Source: Chloroflexota bacterium (GTDB lineage: Bacteria; Chloroflexota; Limnocylindria; Limnocylindrales; CSP1-4). From it: a DNA stretch of 64,000 nucleotides. Each line of letters opens with the position of its first letter. The stretch's first letter is position 1. The notes under the pieces are model-generated. The model saw nothing but the letters and a program-made list of their open reading frames with translations, ran no database searches and was not told the DNA's origin. This document shows positions 58,130 through 64,000 of the stretch, piece after piece. Made by a program: the position numbers and the translations under genes. Location of the stretch: contig PMBR01000089.1 of the NCBI GenBank assembly GCA_003152995.1, positions 45,893 to 109,892 on the forward strand, given 5' to 3'.

Positions 58130-58420
58130 ATGTGCCGATCGATTCAGCCCCTTCACAACTACCGGCCCGCGACCGGCCCTGACGAGGTACGCGCCGCGGC
58201 GCTCCAATACGTCCGCAAGGTCAGCGGCATGGCTCGGCCGGCGCAAGTCAATCAGGCCGCCTTCGACCGGGGAGTCGAGGCCGTCGCGGCGGCCACTGCC
58301 GCGTTGCTGGAGGCCCTCGTCGCCACGACGCCGCCGCACGATCGGAGTGTTGAACGGCAGCGTGCCCGCGCGCGGTGGGAGCGCAGCGCGGCACCAGCCC
58401 GAGCGGGCGGGACCGGCTAG
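58130..58420 (+). CDS. DUF2277-like small protein
   Basis: MCRSIQPLHNYRPATGPDEVRAAALQYVRKVSGMARPAQVNQAAFDRGVEAVAAATAALL matches my memory of the conserved actinobacterial DUF2277 pattern (MCRNI...YVRKVSG). Start at the internal ATG 58130. Confidence 0.5.
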   Translation: MCRSIQPLHNYRPATGPDEVRAAALQYVRKVSGMARPAQVNQAAFDRGVEAVAAATAALLEALVATTPPHDRSVERQRARARWERSAAPARAGGTG

Positions 58421-58594
58421 CCCTGAACGTGTGGCACGTCCCGGAGTGCGGATCGCGGCCCCGGTCGGCGGCCGTCTGGCGCGACATATTGCGAGCGGCA
58501 AGGCCACCGTCCGTCCTCCACCGTACCTCGTCTGTGGCCACGTTCGACTTGCCTTCAGGCAGGCCGCAGCGGACCCGGCAGGAGGAAGTAAATC

Positions 58595-59704
58595 GTGCGT
58601 CCCATTCCAAACCTGCGCCGCCCAGCGGTAGCTGCCGCGGCAATGACCGCCCTGGTCGCTGCCGCGATCATGCCCGCGGCCGCTGCGGCAAGTACGACGC
58701 CTTTCCTAACGTCCCTACCGATGCAGACCGTGGTCGCCTCCACGGTGCCGTCCAACGGCGACATAAACCCGTACGGCATCGCCGTGGTGCCGCGAACCAC
58801 CGGTCACCTCGTCAAGAACGATGTGCTGGTCAGCAACTTCAACGCAAGCTCCAACCTCCAGGGCACTGGCACAACGATCGTGCAGATCTCGCCCATGGGT
58901 GCCCGAACCGTGTTTGCCACGGTGATGTCCGCCGACGTACCAAGCTGCGTTGGGGGCGTGGGCCTGACAACGGCCCTGGCAGTATTCAGGAGCGGCTGGG
59001 TGGTCGTCGGTAGCCTGCCGACTACGGACGGAACCTCTGCCACAGCCAAAGCCGGCTGCCTCATCGTCCTCGACCGCTGGGGGCATGTGGCCAGAACGAT
59101 CCACGGTGGCTCGATCAACGGACCGTGGGACATGACGGCGCTGGACCGTGGCGACAGCGCGGTGCTCTTCGTCTCCAACGTCTTGAACGGGACGGTGGCG
59201 GCGGGCGGTAGCGTGGTCGACCGCGGCACGGTCGTCCGGGTCGACCTTTCGTTCGAAGGAATGAAGCCAATGGTGACTTCTGAGCGCGTGATCGGCCGCG
59301 GCTTCCCGGAGAAGACGGATCCAGCCGCTCTGGTACTCGGACCGACCGGCCTGGCTCTCGACAGCCACGGGAATCTCTACGTTGCGGACACCCTCGACAA
59401 CCGCGTCGCGGTCATCTTCAACGCCCTCGGTCGGATGACGGCTTCCCACATGGGAATGACCGTGTCGGCACATCACTTCCTGAACCAGCCGCTCGGGCTG
59501 GCGATGGCCCCGAACGGAGACGTCCTGGCGGTCAACGCGGCCGACGGCAACGCAGTCGAGATCAGTCCCGCCGGCCATCAGGTCGCTAAGCGGTTGCTCG
59601 ACTCGACCGGTGCCGGAACCCTCTTTGGGCTGGCGGTCGCCCCGGGCGGACACGGGATCTACTTCGTCGACGACGGCTCAAACAACCTGCAGCTGCTGCA
59701 CTGA
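58595..59704 (+). CDS. Secreted beta-propeller (NHL/YncE-like repeat) protein
   Basis: Signal peptide, repeated blade-like segments (LDSHGNLYVADTLDNRVAVI; APNGDVLAVNAADGNAVEI). GGAGGAAG RBS before GTG 58595. Confidence 0.5.
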   Translation: MRPIPNLRRPAVAAAAMTALVAAAIMPAAAAASTTPFLTSLPMQTVVASTVPSNGDINPYGIAVVPRTTGHLVKNDVLVSNFNASSNLQGTGTTIVQISPMGARTVFATVMSADVPSCVGGVGLTTALAVFRSGWVVVGSLPTTDGTSATAKAGCLIVLDRWGHVARTIHGGSINGPWDMTALDRGDSAVLFVSNVLNGTVAAGGSVVDRGTVVRVDLSFEGMKPMVTSERVIGRGFPEKTDPAALVLGPTGLALDSHGNLYVADTLDNRVAVIFNALGRMTASHMGMTVSAHHFLNQPLGLAMAPNGDVLAVNAADGNAVEISPAGHQVAKRLLDSTGAGTLFGLAVAPGGHGIYFVDDGSNNLQLLH

Positions 59705-59880
59705 TCCACAACTGCGGAACCAACCCGGTGGCGGGGCCCGGCCGATGCCGCGGCCTCGCCACCACTCCTCATGCCTTGAACATTGGGGGTGTTCGCGGCT
59801 CCCCGATGGCCGAACGGTCGTGAGAACACGAGGCGCTCGACGGCGAAGTGCCGCCCGCGAACACGCCCCTCGCCTCTTGC

Positions 59881-60657
59881 CTACCCGACCGGGAGATTCG
59901 TCTCGTCAGAACCGCCATCTTCGGGGGCGATGCCGCCATCGACGCCAGCTTCCGGAGCCGTTTCGGTCGTCTCCTCCGGGGCGGAGCCAGACGAGACCGC
60001 CGTGGCTCGCGTCATCCGCCGAGAGGACATCAACCGTCCCGCGGTCCACATTCCGGCGATACCGAGCGCCAGACCGGCCAACAAGCTCACAGCCAGGACC
60101 AGCCACCGGCTGGGGCCCTCGCTAGGCTTGGCAGGGGCACTCTTTGCCTCGATTATCGAGACAGTAATCCACGAATAGCGGTAGTACGAGCCTGCCGGAG
60201 TGCCGGTGAGACAGGAAACGCCAAGCGGCGCGGCTCCGAGGGCAGCTCCGGCCGGCACGGGCAGATTGACCTCCCAGGATCCATCGTCGGCGGCCGCGGC
60301 CGTGGCGCTGACCAGCGAAGGTCCGGCTGGATCTTGCCCCGCGAGGACGCGCGCCATTACTGAGACGGTGTGTGATCCAAGTACCTTGCTTGGCACGGCG
60401 GGGCAATCTCTGGTGCTTGTCAGGTGCAGGACTGACCCCCGCTCGACCGAAAACGAAAAGCCGAGGGTGGTGCTCGACTTATCCGGGGCCGGCGTCGCGG
60501 TCCGACTCGGCGTTGCCGACGCCGTCCGGCGCGGCGTGGCCGACGCGCCCGCTGTCGCAGACGGGGAGGCGCCGGGCGTCGGCGATGCGGCGACAAGCGT
60601 GAACATAGCGACAGCCACGCCCGCGAGTGCGAGTGCGAACGGCAACCTCGACTTCAA
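59881..60657 (-). CDS. Hypothetical type-I membrane protein (signal peptide, extracellular domain, C-terminal TM, acidic tail)
   Basis: TTG start (complement 60657) 7 nt after AGGAGGAG. The Arg-rich N-terminal extension of the track ORF to 61098 is rejected. Confidence 0.4.
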   Translation of the reverse strand: MKSRLPFALALAGVAVAMFTLVAASPTPGASPSATAGASATPRRTASATPSRTATPAPDKSSTTLGFSFSVERGSVLHLTSTRDCPAVPSKVLGSHTVSVMARVLAGQDPAGPSLVSATAAAADDGSWEVNLPVPAGAALGAAPLGVSCLTGTPAGSYYRYSWITVSIIEAKSAPAKPSEGPSRWLVLAVSLLAGLALGIAGMWTAGRLMSSRRMTRATAVSSGSAPEETTETAPEAGVDGGIAPEDGGSDETNLPVG

Positions 60658-60833
60658 AATAGCTCCTCCTCTTGGCCGGCGGCCAACCCCACAGGGCGCC
60701 AGACGATTCTCAACCGGTATCTTGCCACACGGCAATGGGCGAGACGTCGTGGTCGAGCATCGTCGGGTGTCTCCACCAACGATTGCGGACCGTGCCGATC
60801 CCTCAGCCGATTGACGATCCCAAACTTGCCAGG

Positions 60834-61970
60834 TCAGGCCGCAATGATGGGCTCGATCGGGTAGTCGAAGAGGATCTCCGGTCCGGCGGGACCGACGCGG
60901 TAGACGTCTTCGAAGCGGACGCCGCCGTATCCCGGGATGGCCAGGACCGGGTGCCCGATGGTGACCGTCATTCCCTCCGTCAGGGGCAGGTTCTTGTGGG
61001 GCGGGATGATCGTGGAGGCGGGTGGCTCCTCGAACCTGAGGCCGATGCCGTGGCCGATGCCGTAGACCTGGTAGTCGCCGAAACCGTGGGCCGCGCAAAC
61101 GATCTTCGCAATTCCGTCGAGTTCGCTCGTGGTGACGCCGGGTCGCATCCCGGCCCGGACGGCGACCACGATCTCTCGGTAGGTCGCGATCAGCTCCCCC
61201 TGGCGAGCCTCGGGCTCGCCGACCACGAAGGTCCGAGCGAGGTTGGCGCAGTAGCCGTCGACCTGCGGCGTCAGGTCCACGAGCACGAGTTGGCCGCGCT
61301 CAAGCGGCTCCGGGCTGATGCGGCCGTGGAGCATGCACGTTTCTACGCCGAAGTTGACGTAGATCGGCGTGCTCGTGCCCTCGGCCCCGGCTCGCATCAT
61401 GGTGTACGTGGCTTCGGTCGCGATCTCGTGAGCAGTGACGCCCGGGCGGAGCAGATCGCGCGCTCGATCCATGCCGGCGCCGGCGATCCGCTGGGCTTCG
61501 GCCATGAGCGCCAGCTCGTCGACTTCCTTGATCGTTCGCAGCGGGTCCATGACCGGATCCGACGAGACGACCTCAACTTCCGGGTTCACCTGCTTGAACA
61601 TGTCGACCAGGAAAGCCGGGGTTGCGAACCACATCTGCAGCCCGACCTTGAAGCGGCCGTCGGTTGCCCAGTCGGCCGGCGCGGTTGCAGCGATCTCGCG
61701 CAGCCTCCCAACGACGTCGTGGATCTGGCCGCCAACGCTGCCAAACACCCGCACCTTGCCCTCGGCCAGCGAGGCCCGCAACTCGGGCTCTTCGCCGGTG
61801 AAAGCGATCAGTTCGGGCGGGCCCTGGAACGGAATGAGCGCTCTCGGTTGGGTTCTGTCGCTGCCGAAGAGGTACCGATAGTCGTCGTGGTTGAGGATGA
61901 GGATCGCGATCCAGCCCCGCTCGCACATCGCTGCCTGGATGCGGGCGATGCGGTCGAAACGAACCTTCAA
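60834..61970 (-). CDS. M24-family Xaa-Pro aminopeptidase/dipeptidase
   Basis: Creatinase N-terminal domain plus a pita-bread domain with intact-looking metal-ligand context (VDLTPQVDGYCANLARTF; HGIGHGIGLRFEEPP; E..G.Y). TTG start. Confidence 0.8.
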   Translation of the reverse strand: MKVRFDRIARIQAAMCERGWIAILILNHDDYRYLFGSDRTQPRALIPFQGPPELIAFTGEEPELRASLAEGKVRVFGSVGGQIHDVVGRLREIAATAPADWATDGRFKVGLQMWFATPAFLVDMFKQVNPEVEVVSSDPVMDPLRTIKEVDELALMAEAQRIAGAGMDRARDLLRPGVTAHEIATEATYTMMRAGAEGTSTPIYVNFGVETCMLHGRISPEPLERGQLVLVDLTPQVDGYCANLARTFVVGEPEARQGELIATYREIVVAVRAGMRPGVTTSELDGIAKIVCAAHGFGDYQVYGIGHGIGLRFEEPPASTIIPPHKNLPLTEGMTVTIGHPVLAIPGYGGVRFEDVYRVGPAGPEILFDYPIEPIIAA

Positions 61971-62082
61971 TTCAGCCTCCGAGTGCGGGACCGGTCACGT
62001 CGACTTCGTCGTCCGACCGGCAATGGCGCGACCACGGTCACTCCACCGGCAGCATAGTCCACCTCGACGGACGGCCCTGGCG

Positions 62083-62170
62083 AAGTCGCCGCGAGCCTAA
62101 TGAAGTCGCTGCGAGCCTAGTGAAGTCGCTGCGGGCCGGGCCCGGGCCCGAGCCCGAGCCCGAGCCGAGT
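62083..62170. repeat. Short intergenic tandem repeats: three 20-nt units of GAAGTCGC(C/T)GCGAGCCTA(A/G)T, then a (GGGCCC/GAGCCC) hexamer run
   Basis: Direct inspection: gaagtcgccgcgagcctaat / gaagtcgctgcgagcctagt / gaagtcgctgcgggcc, followed by gggcccgggcccgagcccgagcccgagccgag. Confidence 0.8.
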
Positions 62171-62325
62171 ATTGCGGCATCTTCAGGGCCGGGCCGCTCA
62201 CCGTTCATGGGCCGCCCAGCCACCACTGCGCGAGTTTTCTGACCACGCACATCAACTGACCGCGTTACCTGGAGCCGGTAGCCGCCAGGTCGCCGGCTCC
62301 GCTCCCGGCGCCCGCTCCGGCCGGC

Positions 62326-64000
62326 TCAGTTGACGACGATACCGGTCTGGGTTCCCGCGATAGAGACCACCACTGTGTCGGTCGCGGTCACTGTCCAGGT
62401 GCCAGGGGTATTGAGGATCACGTTCCCGACGAAGACGTGGGTGCCGTTGTCGGCGGCTGTGAACGTGTAGTCCGCTGGGAGGCCCGCCAGCGGGTCCGTA
62501 CTGGTGAAGTGGACCTTGCCGCGATACGTGACGCGGTTTCCATCAGCGTCGGTCGCCGTCACCCGAATGCTGCCGGTCGACCCCGCAGTCCGCGGCGTCG
62601 TCAGGCCCGAGACCACGAGCTTCGACGCGGCTGGTTGGACCAAAATGCCGGTCTGGGTGCTCGTGAGCGATGCGGTCGCCGTATCGGTCGCGGTCACAGA
62701 CCGGGTGCCGATGGTCGTGAGGATTACGTTTCCGACGAAGACGTGGGTGCCGTTGTCGGCAGCCTTGAACGTGTAGTTAGCGGGAAGGCTGGCCGCGGCG
62801 TCGGTGCTCGTGAAATGGACCGTGCCGCGATAGCTGTAGACGCGCTTGCCGGCTGCGTCGAGCGCGGTGACCCGGATTGAGCCTGTCGAGCCGGCCGTCC
62901 GAGGCGTCGTCATGCCGTAGGCGACGATGCTCGTAACTACGTGAGGAGTGACGACGATGCCGCTCTGGACCCCGGTGAGGCTGACCGCCGTGTCGCGCGC
63001 CGTGACTGACTGTGTGCCGGCGGTCCTGAGGATCACGTTCGCGGCGAAGACGTGGGTGCCGTTGTCGGCGGCAGTGAAGGTGTAGTTAGAGGGCAGGCTC
63101 GCATCGGGGTCTGAGCTTGTGAAGTGGACCGTACCTCGATAGCCGTAGATGCGCTTGCCCGCTGCGTCCAAGGCGGTGACCCGGATGGAGCCCGTCGAGT
63201 CCGCGACCCGCGGCGTCGTCATGCCGGAGACGACGAGTCGCGGGGCCGTAGGCACCAGGGCGAGGCTGGACTGCCAGCCCGCGGCGATCGCGGTGACGCC
63301 GGACAGGCCGGCTGGGACGTCGGTCTGTCCGTTGCCGTCGTCGCCCCAGGCGACGACCGTGCCGTCCGACTTCAGAGCGAGGCTGTGGTTGAGCCCCGCC
63401 GCGATCTCGGTGACGCCCGAGAGGCCGGCCGGGACGGGCGCAGAGCCCTCGCACCCGCCCCAGGCAACGACGGTGCCGTTCGACTTCAAGGCGAGGCCGA
63501 ACCAGCCGCCGGCGGCAATCGCGGTGACGCCCGAGAGGCCGGCCGGGACGTCGGTCGCGCCGCACGCGTCGTCGCCCCAGGCGACGACGGTGCCGTCCGA
63601 CTTCAGGGCGAGGCTAAGGCTGCCACCGGCAGCAATCGCGGTGACACCCGACAGGCCGGTCGGAACGGTGTACCCGTAGTCGCCCCAGCCGACGACCGTG
63701 CCGTCCGACTTGAGGGCGAGGCTGTGCGGGTACCCGGCGGCGATCGCGGTTACGCCTGACAGGCCGGCCGGAACGTCGGTCTGGCCGTAGGCGTTCCAGC
63801 CCCAGGCGACGACCGTGCCGTTCGACTTGAGGGCGAGGCTATGGCTGCCACCGGCAGCGATCGCAGTGACGCCCGAGAGGCCGGCCGGGACGGTGGCCTG
63901 GCCGAGGCCGTTGAAGCCCCAGGCGACGACAGTGCCGTCCGACTTGAGAGCGAGACTGTGGGTAACACCGGAGATCGCTATGACGTCCGAGAGGCCGGCC
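62326..64000 (-). CDS. Large secreted repeat protein, partial (N-terminus beyond window): RCC1-like repeats followed by about four tandem 90-aa Ig-like/Big-like domains
   Basis: Reverse translation of 63240-64000 gives consecutive RCC1-type blades (GTVVAWGDDGNGQTDVPAGLSGVTAIAAG..HSLALKSDG) with no stop up to the window edge. 62330-63240 encodes four near-identical units (GMTTPRTAGSTGSIRVTALDAAGKRVYSYRGTVHFTSTD...YTFKAADNGTHVFVGNVIL). Confidence 0.7.
   Translation of the reverse strand, partial: AGLSDVIAISGVTHSLALKSDGTVVAWGFNGLGQATVPAGLSGVTAIAAGGSHSLALKSNGTVVAWGWNAYGQTDVPAGLSGVTAIAAGYPHSLALKSDGTVVGWGDYGYTVPTGLSGVTAIAAGGSLSLALKSDGTVVAWGDDACGATDVPAGLSGVTAIAAGGWFGLALKSNGTVVAWGGCEGSAPVPAGLSGVTEIAAGLNHSLALKSDGTVVAWGDDGNGQTDVPAGLSGVTAIAAGWQSSLALVPTAPRLVVSGMTTPRVADSTGSIRVTALDAAGKRIYGYRGTVHFTSSDPDASLPSNYTFTAADNGTHVFAANVILRTAGTQSVTARDTAVSLTGVQSGIVVTPHVVTSIVAYGMTTPRTAGSTGSIRVTALDAAGKRVYSYRGTVHFTSTDAAASLPANYTFKAADNGTHVFVGNVILTTIGTRSVTATDTATASLTSTQTGILVQPAASKLVVSGLTTPRTAGSTGSIRVTATDADGNRVTYRGKVHFTSTDPLAGLPADYTFTAADNGTHVFVGNVILNTPGTWTVTATDTVVVSIAGTQTGIVVN

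Noticed and set aside
62083-62170. Possible CRISPR array
   Set aside because: Only three 20-nt units that abut each other with no spacers, followed by a hexamer microsatellite. No cas genes are present in the window.
1-64000. tRNA/rRNA genes and mobile elements
   Set aside because: No T-loop-like GGTTCGAATCC/GGTTCGAGTCC signatures and no cloverleaf candidates were found by eye. No transposase, integrase or recombinase ORFs or long terminal inverted repeats were seen. Gene density and GC content are uniform.

Overview
The window is high-GC (about 70%), gene-dense chromosomal DNA with GGAGG-type ribosome-binding sites. F420-dependent enzymes and an actinobacterial-type xylose isomerase suggest Actinomycetota or possibly Chloroflexota; that is inference, not a database result. 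There are no rRNA, tRNA, CRISPR or mobile-element signatures. Contents in order: (1) a xylose locus with a partial LacI-family regulator, xylA (minus strand) and a divergent xylF-xylH-ATPase ABC transporter; (2) a three-gene secreted operon of a vanadium-haloperoxidase/PAP2-like protein, an FG-GAP/ASPIC (CRTAC1-like) protein and an M24-fold protein; (3) an AMMECR1 protein and an HtrA protease convergent with an OmpR-type response regulator, a histidine kinase and a small Gly-rich membrane protein; (4) two ABC-2 exporter systems flanking a TetR gene; (5) a lipoprotein, a membrane-anchored WD40 protein carrying an NB-ARC-like helical module but no NTPase, and two tandem paralogous Cys-containing lipoproteins; (6) a GT4 / unknown / GH130 carbohydrate operon; (7) a TetR gene followed by a translationally coupled menaquinone operon menF-D-H-B-A-C-E, where MenE is fused to a C-terminal alpha/beta-hydrolase domain; (8) a divergent LacI-controlled L-fucose locus (fucI, aldo-keto reductase, Zn-dehydrogenase, CUT2-type ABC transporter, unknown 325-aa protein) with three operator-like 14-mers; (9) a metallophosphoesterase, MFS transporters, a Ddn-like F420 nitroreductase and an LLM-family oxidoreductase; (10) DUF2277-like, NHL-like and type-I membrane hypotheticals, an M24 peptidase, and a partial large RCC1 plus Ig-like-repeat secreted protein. 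Non-coding signals include a 23-nt sequence present as identical copies upstream of lacI and upstream of the haloperoxidase operon, with a related copy upstream of xylF, resembling an extended -10 element. There are also a G-rich tandem repeat, short intergenic tandem repeats and a perfect bidirectional terminator hairpin. Long Arg/Pro-rich antisense ORFs in the six-frame track are treated as high-GC artefacts.
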